The notes beneath the pieces are model-generated. The model was not told the origin of the DNA, made no database searches, and saw only the letters and a program-made list of their open reading frames with translations. A stretch of 64,000 nucleotides of DNA from Eledone cirrhosa (taxonomy: Eukaryota), in contig OZ024742.1 of assembly GCA_964016885.1 (NCBI GenBank), forward strand, positions 63,178,001 through 63,242,000, written 5' to 3'. Of this stretch, positions 14,501-27,150 are shown in pieces. Within the stretch, counting starts at the first letter, position 1. Each line of letters begins with the position of its first letter. A program made the translations under genes and the position numbers.

Positions 14501-17500
14501 CTCTCTGTCAATCTGTCTTCTCTTAACTTCTTACTACCTGTCTCTCTGTCAGTCTGTCTTCTCTTAACTTCTTACTACCTGTCTCTCTGTCAGTCTGTCA
14601 TCTCTTAACTTCTTACTACCTGTCTCTCTGCCAGTCTGTCTTCTCTTAACTTCTTACTACCTGTCTCTCTGTCAGTCTGTCATCACTTAACTTCTTACTA
14701 CCTGTCTCTCAGTCAGTCTGTCATCTCTTAACTTTTTACTACTTGTCTCTCTTTCAGTCTCTCTTCTCTTAACTTCTTACTACCTGTCTCTCTGTCAGTC
14801 TTTCATCTCTTAACTTCTTACTACCTGTCTCTCTGTCAGTCTGTCATCTCTTAACTTCTTACTACCTGTCTCTCTGTCAGTCTGTCATCTCTTAACTTCT
14901 TACTACATGTCTCTCTGCCAGTCTGTCTTCTCTTAACTTCTTACTACCTGTCTCTCTGTCAGTCTGTCATCTCTTAACTTCTTACTACCTGTCTCTCTGT
15001 CAGTCTGTCATCTCTTAACTTTTTACTATCTGTCTCTCATTCAGTCTCTCTTCTCTTAACTTCTTACTACCTGTCTCTCTGTCAGACTGTCATCTCTTAA
15101 ATTCTTACTACCTGTCTCTCTGTCAGTCTGTCATCTCTTAACTTCTTACTACATGTCTCTCAGTCAGTCTGTCATCTCTTAACTTTTTACTACTTGTCTC
15201 TCTTTCAGTCTCTCTTCTCTTAACTTCTTACTACCTGTCTCTCTGTCAGTCTGTCATCACTTAACTTCTTACTACCTGTCTCTCAGTCAGTCTGTCATCT
15301 CTTAACTTTTTACTACTTGTCTCTCTTTCAGTCTCTCTTCTCTTAACTTCTTACTACCTGTCTCTCTGTCAGTCTTTCATCTCTTAACTTCTTACTACCT
15401 GTCTCTCTGTCAGTCTGTCATCTCTTAACTTCTTACTACCTGTCTCTCTGTCAGTCTGTCATCTCTTAACTTCTTACTACATGTCTCTCTGCCAGTCTGT
15501 CTTCTCTTAACTTCTTACTACCTGTCTCTCTGTCAGTCTGTCATCTCTTAACTTCTTACTACCTGTCTCTCTGTCAGTCTGTCATCTCTTAACTTTTTAC
15601 TATCTGTCTCTCATTCAGTCTCTCTTCTCTTAACTTCTTACTACCTGTCTCTCTGTCAGACTGTCATCTCTTAAATTCTTACTACCTGTCTCTCTGTCAG
15701 TCTGTCATCTCTTAACTTCTTACTACATGTCTCTCTGTCATTTTGTCTTCTCTTAACTTCTTACTACCTGTCTCTCTGTCAGTCTGTCATCTCTTAACTT
15801 CTTACTACCTGTCTCTCAGTCAGTCTGTCATCTCTTAACTTTTTACTATTTGTCTCTCTTTCAGTCTCTCTTCTCTTAACTTCTTACTACCTGTCTCTCT
15901 GTCAGTCTTTCATCTCTTAACTTCTTACTACCTGTCTCTCTGTCAGTCTGTCTTCTCTTAACTTCTTACTACCTGTCTCACTGTCAGTCTGTCATCTCTT
16001 AACTTCTTACTACCTGTCTCTCTGTCAGTCTGTCATCTCTTAACTTCTTACTACCTGTCTCTCTGTCAGTCTGTCTTCTATTAACTTCTTGCTACCTGTC
16101 TCTCTGTCAGTCTGTCATCTCTTAACATCTTACTACCTGTCTCTCTGTCAGTCTGTCATGTCTTAACTTTTTACTATATGTCTCTCATTCAGTCTCTCTT
16201 CTCTTAACTTCTTACTACCTGTCTCTCTGTCAGTCTGTCATCTCTTAACTTCTTACTACCTGTCTCTCTGTCAGTCTGTCATCTCTTAACTTCTAACTAC
16301 CTGTCTCTCTGTCAGTTTGTCATCTCTTATCTTCTTACTACCTCTCTCTCAGTCAGTCTGTCTTCTCTTAACTTCTTACTACCTGTCTCTCTGTCAGTCT
16401 GTCTTCTCTTAAATACTTACTACCTGTCTCTCTGTCAGTCTGTCATCTCTTAACTTCTTACTACATGTCTCTCTGTCAGTCTGTCTTCTCTTAACTTCTT
16501 ACTACCTGTCTCTCTGTTAGTCTGTCAATTCTTAACTTCTTACTACCTGCCTCTCTGTCAGTCTGTCTTCTCTTAACTTCTTACTACCTGTTTCTCTGTC
16601 AGTCTATCATCTCTTAACTTCTTACTACATGTCCCTCTGTCAGTCTGTCTTCTCTTAACTTCTTACTACCTCTCTCTCAGTCAGTCTGTCTTCTCTTAAC
16701 TTCTTACTACCTGTCTCTCTGTCAGTCTGTCTTCTCTTAACTTCTTACTACCTGTCTCTCTGTCAGTCTGTCATCTCTTAACTTCTTACTACCTGTCTCT
16801 CAGTCAGTCTGTCTTCTCTTAACTTCTTACTACCTGTCTCTCAGTCAGTCTGTCTTCTCTTAACTTCTTACTACCTGTCTCTCTGTCAGTCTGTCATCTC
16901 TTAACTTCTTAATACATGTCTCTCTGTCAGTCTGTCTTCTCTTAACTTCTTACTACCTGTCTCTCTGTCAGTCTGTCATCTCTTAACTTCTTACTACCTG
17001 TCTCTCAGTCAGTCTGTCATCTCTTAACTTTTTACTATTTGTCTCTCTTTCAGTCTCTCTTCTCTTAACTTCTTACTACCTGTCTCTCTGTCAGTCTTTC
17101 ATCTCTTAACTTCTTACTACCTGTCTCTCTGTCAGTCTGTCTTCTCTTAACTTCTTACTACCTGTCTCACTGTCAGTCTGTCATCTCTTAACTTCTTACT
17201 ACCTGTCTCTCTGTCAGTCTGTCATCTCTTAACTTCTTACTACCTGTCTCTCTGTCAGTCTGTCTTCTATTAACTTCTTGCTACCTGTCTCTCTGTCAGT
17301 CTGTCATCTCTTAACTTCTTACTACCTGTCTCTCTGTCAGTCTGTCATGTCTTAACTTTTTACTATCTGTCTCTTATTCAGTCTCTCTTCTCTTAACTTC
17401 TTACTACCTGTCTCTCTGTCAGTCTGTCATCTCTTAACTTCTTACTACCTGTCTCTCTGTCAGTCTGTCATCTCTTAACTTCTAACTACCTGTCTCTCTG

Positions 17501-18100
17501 TCAGTTTGTCATCTCTTAACTTCTTACTACCTCTCTCTCAGTCAGTCTGTCTTCTCTTAACTTCTTACTACCTGTCTCTCTGTCAGTCTGTCTTCTCTTA
17601 AATACTTACTACCTGTCTCTCTGTCAGTCTGTCATCTCTTAACTTCTTACTACATGTCTCTCTGTCAGTCTGTCTTCTCTTAACTTCTTACTACCTGTCT
17701 CTCTGTTAGTCTGTCAATTCTTCACTTCTTACTACCTGCCTCTCTGTCAGTCTGTCTTCTCTTAACTTCTTACTACCTGTTTCTCTGTCAGTCTGTCATC
17801 TCTTAACTTCTTACTACATGTCTCTCTGTCAATCTGTCTTCTCTTAACTTCTTACTACCTGTCTCTCTGTCAGTCTGTCTTCTCTTAACTTCTTACTACC
17901 TGTCTCTCTGTCAGTCTGTCATCTCTTAACTTCTTACTACCTGTCTCTCTGCCAGTCTGTCTTCTCTTAACTTCTTACTACCTGTCTCTCTGTCAGTCTG
18001 TCATCACTTAACTTCTTACTACCTGTCTCTCAGTCAGTCTGTCATCTCTTAACTTTTTACTACTTGTCTCTCTTTCAGTCTCTCTTCTCTTAACTTCTTA
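8600..18100. repeat. Higher-order repeat domain with 3,321-bp (81-monomer) period
   Basis: Diagnostic variants recur at 3,321-bp spacing: AACATC at 9,482/12,803/16,124; ATCACTT at 11,361/14,682/18,003; GTCATTTTG at ~12,417/15,738. Boundaries approximate. Confidence 0.9.
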
Positions 18101-19999
18101 CTACCTGTCTCTCTGTCAGTCTGTCTTCTCTTAACTTCTCACTACATGTCTCTCTGTCAGTCTGTCTTCTCTTAACTTCTTACTACCTGTCTCTCTGTCA
18201 GTCTGTCATCTCTTAACTTCTTACTACCTGTCCCTCTGTCAGTCTGTCTTCTATTAACTTCTTGCTACCTGTCTCTCTGTCAGTCTGTCATGTCTTAACT
18301 TCTTACTACCTGTCTCTCTGTCAGTCTGTCATCTCTTAACTTCTTACTACCTGTCTCTCTGTCAGTCTGTCTTCGCTTAACTTCTTACTACATGTCTCTC
18401 TGTCAGTCTGTCTTCTCTTAACTTCTTACTACCTGTCTCTCTGTCAGTCTGTCATCTCTTAACTTCTTACTCTCTGTCTCTCTGTCAGTCTGTGTTCTCT
18501 TAACTCCCTACTACCTGCCTCTCTGTCAGTCTGTCATCTCTTAACTTCTTACTACCTGTCTCTCTGTCAGTCTGTCATCTCTTAACTTCTTACTACCTGT
18601 CTCTCTGTCAGTCTGTCATCTCTTAACTTCTTACTACCTGTCTCTCAGTCAGTCTGTCTTCTCTTAACTTCTTACTACCTGTCTCTCAGTCAGTCTGTCT
18701 TCTCTTAACTTCTTACTACCTGTCTCTCTGTCAGTCTGTCATCTCTTAACTTCTTAATACATGTCTCTCTGTCAGTCTGTCTTCTCTTAACTTCTTACTA
18801 CCTGTCTCTCTGTCAGTCTGTCATCTCTTAACTTCTTACTACCTGTCTCTCAGTCAGTCTGTCATCTCTTAACTTTTTACTATTTGTCTCTCTTTCAGTC
18901 TCTCTTCTCTTAACTTCTTACTACCTGTCTCTCTGTCAGTCTTTCATCTCTTAACTTCTTACTACCTGTCTCTCTGTCAGTCTGTCTTCTCTTAACTTCT
19001 TACTACCTGTCTCACTGTCAGTCTGTCATCTCTTAACTTCTTACTACCTGTCTCTCTGTCAGTCTGTCATCTCTTAACTTCTTACTACCTGTCTCTCTGT
19101 CAGTCTGTCTTCTATTAACTTCTTGCTACCTGTCTCTCTGTCAGTCTGTCATCTCTTAACTTCTTACTACCTGTCTCTCTGTCAGTCTGTCATGTCTTAA
19201 CTTTTTACTATCTGTCTCTTATTCAGTCTCTCTTCTCTTAACTTCTTACTACCTGTCTCTCTGTCAGTCTGTCATCTCTTAACTTCTTACTACCTGTCTC
19301 TCTGTCAGTCTGTCATCTCTTAACTTCTAACTACCTGTCTCTCTGTCAGTTTGTCATCTCTTAACTTCTTACTACCTCTCTCTCAGTCAGTCTGTCTTCT
19401 CTTAACTTCTTACTACCTGTCTCTCTGTCAGTCTGTCTTCTCTTAAATACTTACTACCTGTCTCTCTGTCAGTCTGTCATCTCTTAACTTCTTACTACAT
19501 GTCTCTCTGTCAGTCTGTCTTCTCTTAACTTCTTACTACCTGTCTCTCTGTTAGTCTGTCAATTCTTCACTTCTTACTACCTGCCTCTCTGTCAGTCTGT
19601 CTTCTCTTAACTTCTTACTACCTGTTTCTCTGTCAGTCTGTCATCTCTTAACTTCTTACTACATGTCTCTCTGTCAGTCTGTCTTCTCTTAACTTCTTAC
19701 TACCTGTCTCTCTGTCAGTCTGTCTTCTCTTAACTTCTTACTACCTGTCTCTCTGTCAGTCTGTCATCTCTTAACTTCTTACTACCTGTCTCTCTGCCAG
19801 TCTGTCTTCTCTTAACTTCTTACTACCTGTCTCTCTGTCAGTCTGTCATCACTTAACTTCTTACTACCTGTCTCTCAGTCAGTCTGTCATCTCTTAACTT
19901 TTTACTACTTGTCTCTCTTTCAGTCTCTCTTCTCTTAACTTCTTACTACCTGTCTCTCTGTCAGTCTGTCTTCTCTTAACTTCTCACTACATGTCTCTC

Positions 20000-22900
20000 T
20001 GTCAGTCTGTCATCTCTTAACTTCTTACTACCTGTCTCTCTGTCAGTCTGTCATCTCTTAACTTCTTACTACATGTCTCTCTGCCAGTCTGTCTTCTCTT
20101 AACTTCTTACTACCTGTCTCTCTGTCAGTCTGTCATCTCTTAACTTCTTACTACCTGTCTCTCTGTCAGTCTGTCATCTCTTAACTTTTTACTATCTGTC
20201 TCTCATTCAGTCTCTCTTCTCTTAACTTCTTACTACCTGTCTCTCTGTCAGACTGTCATCTCTTAAATTCTTACTACCTGTCTCTCTGTCAGTCTGTCAT
20301 CTCTTAACTTCTTACTACATGTCTCTCTGTCAGTTTGTCTTCTCTTAACTTCTTACTACCTGTCTCTCTGTCAGTCTGTCATCTCTTAACTTCTTACTAC
20401 CTGTCTCTCAGTCAGTCTGTCATCTCTTAACTTTTTACTATTTGTCTCTCTTTCAGTCTCTCTTCTCTTAACTTCTTACTACCTGTCTCTCTGTCAGTCT
20501 TTCATCTCTTAACTTCTTACTACCTGTCTCTCTGTCAGTCTGTCTTCTCTTAACTTCTTACTACCTGTCTCACTGTCAGTCTGTCATCTCTTAACTTCTT
20601 ACTACCTGTCTCTCTGTCAGTCTGTCATCTCTTAACTTCTTACTACCTGTCTCTCTGTCAGTCTGTCTTCTATTAACTTCTTGCTACCTGTCTCTCTGTC
20701 AGTCTGTCATCTCTTAACATCTTACTACCTGTCTCTCTGTCAGTCTGTCATGTCTTAACTTTTTACTATATGTCTCTCATTCAGTCTCTCTTCTCTTAAC
20801 TTCTTACTACCTGTCTCTCTGTCAGTCTGTCATCTCTTAACTTCTTACTACCTGTCTCTCTGTCAGTCTGTCATCTCTTAACTTCTAACTACCTGTCTCT
20901 CTGTCAGTTTGTCATCTCTTATCTTCTTACTACCTCTCTCTCAGTCAGTCTGTCTTCTCTTAACTTCTTACTACCTGTCTCTCTGTCAGTCTGTCTTCTC
21001 TTAAATACTTACTACCTGTCTCTCTGTCAGTCTGTCATCTCTTAACTTCTTACTACATGTCTCTCTGTCAGTCTGTCTTCTCTTAACTTCTTACTACCTG
21101 TCTCTCTGTTAGTCTGTCAATTCTTAACTTCTTACTACCTGCCTCTCTGTCAGTCTGTCTTCTCTTAACTTCTTACTACCTGTTTCTCTGTCAGTCTATC
21201 ATCTCTTAACTTCTTCCTACATGTCCCTCTGTCAGTCTGTCTTCTCTTAACTTCTTACTACCTCTCTCTCAGTCAGTCTGTCTTCTCTTAACTTCTTACT
21301 ACCTGTCTCTCTGTCAGTCTGTCTTCTCTTAACTTCTTACTACCTGTCTCTCTGTCAGTCTGTCATCTCTTAACTTCTTACTACCTGTCTCTCAGTCAGT
21401 CTGTCTTCTCTTAACTTCTTACTACCTGTCTCTCAGTCAGTCTGTCTTCTCTTAACTTCTTACTACCTGTCTCTCTGTCAGTCTGTCATCTCTTAACTTC
21501 TTAATACATGTCTCTCTGTCAGTCTGTCTTCTCTTAACTTCTTACTACCTGTCTCTCTGTCAGTCTGTCATCTCTTAACTTCTTACTACCTGTCTCTCAG
21601 TCAGTCTGTCATCTCTTAACTTTTTACTATTTGTCTCTCTTTCAGTCTCTCTTCTCTTAACTTCTTACTACCTGTCTCTCTGTCAGTCTTTCATCTCTTA
21701 ACTTCTTACTACCTGTCTCTCTGTCAGTCTGTCTTCTCTTAACTTCTTACTACCTGTCTCACTGTCAGTCTGTCATCTCTTAACTTCTTACTACCTGTCT
21801 CTCTGTCAGTCTGTCATCTCTTAACTTCTTACTACCTGTCTCTCTGTCAGTCTGTCTTCTATTAACTTCTTGCTACCTGTCTCTCTGTCAGTCTGTCATC
21901 TCTTAACTTCTTACTACCTGTCTCTCTGTCAGTCTGTCATGTCTTAACTTTTTACTATCTGTCTCTTATTCAGTCTCTCTTCTCTTAACTTCTTACTACC
22001 TGTCTCTCTGTCAGTCTGTCATCTCTTAACTTCTTACTACCTGTCTCTCTGTCAGTCTGTCATCTCTTAACTTCTAACTACCTGTCTCTCTGTCAGTTTG
22101 TCATCTCTTAACTTCTTACTACCTCTCTCTCAGTCAGTCTGTCTTCTCTTAACTTCTTACTACCTGTCTCTCTGTCAGTCTGTCTTCTCTTAAATACTTA
22201 CTACCTGTCTCTCTGTCAGTCTGTCATCTCTTAACTTCTTACTACATGTCTCTCTGTCAGTCTGTCTTCTCTTAACTTCTTACTACCTGTCTCTCTGTTA
22301 GTCTGTCAATTCTTCACTTCTTACTACCTGCCTCTCTGTCAGTCTGTCTTCTCTTAACTTCTTACTACCTGTTTCTCTGTCAGTCTGTCATCTCTTAACT
22401 TCTTACTACATGTCTCTCTGTCAATCTGTCTTCTCTTAACTTCTTACTACCTGTCTCTCTGTCAGTCTGTCTTCTCTTAACTTCTTACTACCTGTCTCTC
22501 TGTCAGTCTGTCATCTCTTGACTTCTTACTACCTGTCTCTCTGCCAGTCTGTCTTCTCTTAACTTCTTACTACCCGTCTCTCTGTCAGTCTGTCATCACT
22601 TAACTTCTTACTACCTGTCTCTCAGTCAGTCTGTCATCTCTTAACTTTTTACTACTTGTCTCTCTTTCAGTCTCTCTTCTCTTAACTTCTTACTACCTGT
22701 CTCTCTGTCAGTCTGTCTTCTCTTAACTTCTCACTACATGTCTCTCTGTCAGTCTGTCTTCTCTTAACTTCTTACTACCTGTCTCTCTGTCAGTCTGTCA
22801 TCTCTTAACTTCTTACTACCTGTCCCTCTGTCAGTCTGTCTTCTATTAACTTCTTGCTACCTGTCTCTCTGTCAGTCTGTCATGTCTTAACTTCTTACTA

Positions 22901-25900
22901 CCTGTCTCTCTGTCAGTCTGTCATCTCTTAACTTCTTACTACCTGTCTCTCTGTCAGTCTGTCTTCGCTTAACTTCTTACTACATGTCTCTCTGTCAGTC
23001 TGTCTTCTCTTAACTTCTTACTACCTGTCTCTCTGTCAGTCTGTCATCTCTTAACTTCTTACTACCTGTCTCTCTGTCAGTCTGTCATCTCTTAACTTCT
23101 TACTACCTGTCTCTCAGTCAGTCTGTCTTCTCTTAACTTCTTACTACCTGTCTCTCAGTCAGTCTGTCTTCTCTTAACTTCTTACTACCTGTCTCTCTGT
23201 CAGTCTGTCATCTCTTAACTTCTTAATACATGTCTCTCTGTCAGTCTGTCTTCTCTTAACTTCTTACTACCTGTCTCTCTGTCAGTCTGTCATCTCTTAA
23301 CTTCTTACTACCTGTCTCTCAGTCAGTCTGTCATCTCTTAACTTTTTACTATTTGTCTCTCTTTCAGTCTCTCTTCTCTTAACTTCTTACTACCTGTCTC
23401 TCTGTCAGTCTTTCATCTCTTAACTTCTTACTACCTGTCTCTCTGTCAGTCTGTCTTCTCTTAACTTCTTACTACCTGTCTCACTGTCAGTCTGTCATCT
23501 CTTAACTTCTTACTACCTGTCTCTCTGTCAGTCTGTCATCTCTTAACTTCTTACTACCTGTCTCTCTGTCAGTCTGTCTTCTATTAACTTCTTGCTACCT
23601 GTCTCTCTGTCAGTCTGTCATCTCTTAACTTCTTACTACCTGTCTCTCTGTCAGTCTGTCATGTCTTAACTTTTTACTATCTGTCTCTTATTCAGTCTCT
23701 CTTCTCTTAACTTCTTACTACCTGTCTCTCTGTCAGTCTGTCATCTCTTAACTTCTTACTACCTGTCTCTCTGTCAGTCTGTCATCTCTTAACTTCTAAC
23801 TACCTGTCTCTCTGTCAGTTTGTCATCTCTTAACTTCTTACTACCTCTCTCTCAGTCAGTCTGTCTTCTCTTAACTTCTTACTACCTGTCTCTCTGTCAG
23901 TCTGTCTTCTCTTAAATACTTACTACCTGTCTCTCTGTCAGTCTGTCATCTCTTAACTTCTTACTACATGTCTCTCTGTCAGTCTGTCTTCTCTTAACTT
24001 CTTACTACCTGTCTCTCTGTTAGTCTGTCAATTCTTCACTTCTTACTACCTGCCTCTCTGTCAGTCTGTCTTCTCTTAACTTCTTACTACCTGTTTCTCT
24101 GTCAGTCTGTCATCTCTTAACTTCTTACTACATGTCTCTCTGTCAGTCTGTCTTCTCTTAACTTCTTACTACATGTCTCTCTGCCAGTCTGTCTTCTCTT
24201 AACTTCTTACTACCTGTCTCTCTGTCAGTCTGTCATCTCTTAACTTCTTACTACCTGTCTCTCTGTCAGTCTGTCATCTCTTAACTTTTTACTATCTGTC
24301 TCTCATTCAGTCTCTCTTCTCTTAACTTCTTACTACCTGTCTCTCTGTCAGACTGTCATCTCTTAAATTCTTACTACCTGTCTCTCTGTCAGTCTGTCAT
24401 CTCTTAACTTCTTACTACATGTCTCTCTGTCAGTTTGTCTTCTCTTAACTTCTTACTACCTGTCTCTCTGTCAGTCTGTCATCTCTTAACTTCTTACTAC
24501 CTGTCTCTCAGTCAGTCTGTCATCTCTTAACTTTTTACTATTTGTCTCTCTTTCAGTCTCTCTTCTCTTAACTTCTTACTACCTGTCTCTCTGTCAGTCT
24601 TTCATCTCTTAACTTCTTACTACCTGTCTCTCTGTCAGTCTGTCTTCTCTTAACTTCTTACTACCTGTCTCACTGTCAGTCTGTCATCTCTTAACTTCTT
24701 ACTACCTGTCTCTCTGTCAGTCTGTCATCTCTTAACTTCTTACTACCTGTCTCTCTGTCAGTCTGTCTTCTATTAACTTCTTGCTACCTGTCTCTCTGTC
24801 AGTCTGTCATCTCTTAACATCTTACTACCTGTCTCTCTGTCAGTCTGTCATGTCTTAACTTTTTACTATATGTCTCTCATTCAGTCTCTCTTCTCTTAAC
24901 TTCTTACTACCTGTCTCTCTGTCAGTCTGTCATCTCTTAACTTCTTACTACCTGTCTCTCTGTCAGTCTGTCATCTCTTAACTTCTAACTACCTGTCTCT
25001 CTGTCAGTTTGTCATCTCTTATCTTCTTACTACCTCTCTCTCAGTCAGTCTGTCTTCTCTTAACTTCTTACTACCTGTCTCTCTGTCAGTCTGTCTTCTC
25101 TTAAATACTTACTACCTGTCTCTCTGTCAGTCTGTCATCTCTTAACTTCTTACTACATGTCTCTCTGTCAGTCTGTCTTCTCTTAACTTCTTACTACCTG
25201 TCTCTCTGTTAGTCTGTCAATTCTTAACTTCTTACTACCTGCCTCTCTGTCAGTCTGTCTTCTCTTAACTTCTTACTACCTGTTTCTCTGTCAGTCTATC
25301 ATCTCTTAACTTCTTACTACATGTCCCTCTGTCAGTCTGTCTTCTCTTAACTTCTTACTACCTCTCTCTCAGTCAGTCTGTCTTCTCTTAACTTCTTACT
25401 ACCTGTCTCTCTGTCAGTCTGTCTTCTCTTAACTTCTTACTACCTGTCTCTCTGTCAGTCTGTCATCTCTTAACTTCTTACTACCTGTCTCTCAGTCAGT
25501 CTGTCTTCTCTTAACTTCTTACTACCTGTCTCTCAGTCAGTCTGTCTTCTCTTAACTTCTTACTACCTGTCTCTCTGTCAGTCTGTCATCTCTTAACTTC
25601 TTAATACATGTCTCTCTGTCAGTCTGTCTTCTCTTAACTTCTTACTACCTGTCTCTCTGTCAGTCTGTCATCTCTTAACTTCTTACTACCTGTCTCTCAG
25701 TCAGTCTGTCATCTCTTAACTTTTTACTATTTGTCTCTCTTTCAGTCTCTCTTCTCTTAACTTCTTACTACCTGTCTCTCTGTCAGTCTTTCATCTCTTA
25801 ACTTCTTACTACCTGTCTCTCTGTCAGTCTGTCTTCTCTTAACTTCTTACTACCTGTCTCACTGTCAGTCTGTCATCTCTTAACTTCTTACTACCTGTCT

Positions 25901-27150
25901 CTCTGTCAGTCTGTCATCTCTTAACTTCTTACTACCTGTCTCTCTGTCAGTCTGTCTTCTATTAACTTCTTGCTACCTGTCTCTCTGTCAGTCTGTCATC
26001 TCTTAACTTCTTACTACCTGTCTCTCTGTCAGTCTGTCATGTCTTAACTTTTTACTATCTGTCTCTTATTCAGTCTCTCTTCTCTTAACTTCTTACTACC
26101 TGTCTCTCTGTCAGTCTGTCATCTCTTAACTTCTTACTACCTGTCTCTCTGTCAGTCTGTCATCTCTTAACTTCTAACTACCTGTCTCTCTGTCAGTTTG
26201 TCATCTCTTAACTTCTTACTACCTCTCTCTCAGTCAGTCTGTCTTCTCTTAACTTCTTACTACCTGTCTCTCTGTCAGTCTGTCTTCTCTTAAATACTTA
26301 CTACCTGTCTCTCTGTCAGTCTGTCATCTCTTAACTTCTTACTACATGTCTCTCTGTCAGTCTGTCTTCTCTTAACTTCTTACTACCTGTCTCTCTGTTA
26401 GTCTGTCAATTCTTCACTTCTTACTACCTGCCTCTCTGTCAGTCTGTCTTCTCTTAACTTCTTACTACCTGTTTCTCTGTCAGTCTGTCATCTCTTAACT
26501 TCTTACTACATGTCTCTCTGTCAATCTGTCTTCTCTTAACTTCTTACTACCTGTCTCTCTGTCAGTCTGTCTTCTCTTAACTTCTTACTACCTGTCTCTC
26601 TGTCAGTCTGTCATCTCTTGACTTCTTACTACCTGTCTCTCTGCCAGTCTGTCTTCTCTTAACTTCTTACTACCCGTCTCTCTGTCAGTCTGTCATCACT
26701 TAACTTCTTACTACCTGTCTCTCAGTCAGTCTGTCATCTCTTAACTTTTTACTACTTGTCTCTCTTTCAGTCTCTCTTCTCTTAACTTCTTACTACCTGT
26801 CTCTCTGTCAGTCTGTCTTCTCTTAACTTCTCACTACATGTCTCTCTGTCAGTCTGTCTTCTCTTAACTTCTTACTACCTGTCTCTCTGTCAGTCTGTCA
26901 TCTCTTAACTTCTTACTACCTGTCCCTCTGTCAGTCTGTCTTCTATTAACTTCTTGCTACCTGTCTCTCTGTCAGTCTGTCATGTCTTAACTTCTTACTA
27001 CCTGTCTCTCTGTCAGTCTGTCATCTCTTAACTTCTTACTACCTGTCTCTCTGTCAGTCTGTCTTCGCTTAACTTCTTACTACATGTCTCTCTGTCAGTC
27101 TGTCTTCTCTTAACTTCTTACTACCTGTCTCTCTGTCAGTCTGTCATCTC
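20000..27150. repeat. Intra-satellite duplication, 4,100-bp (100-monomer) offset
   Basis: Private variants CTCTTGACTT at ~22,520/26,620, TACCCGTC at 22,571/26,671 and GTCTTCGCTT at 22,961/27,061. Boundaries approximate. Confidence 0.85.
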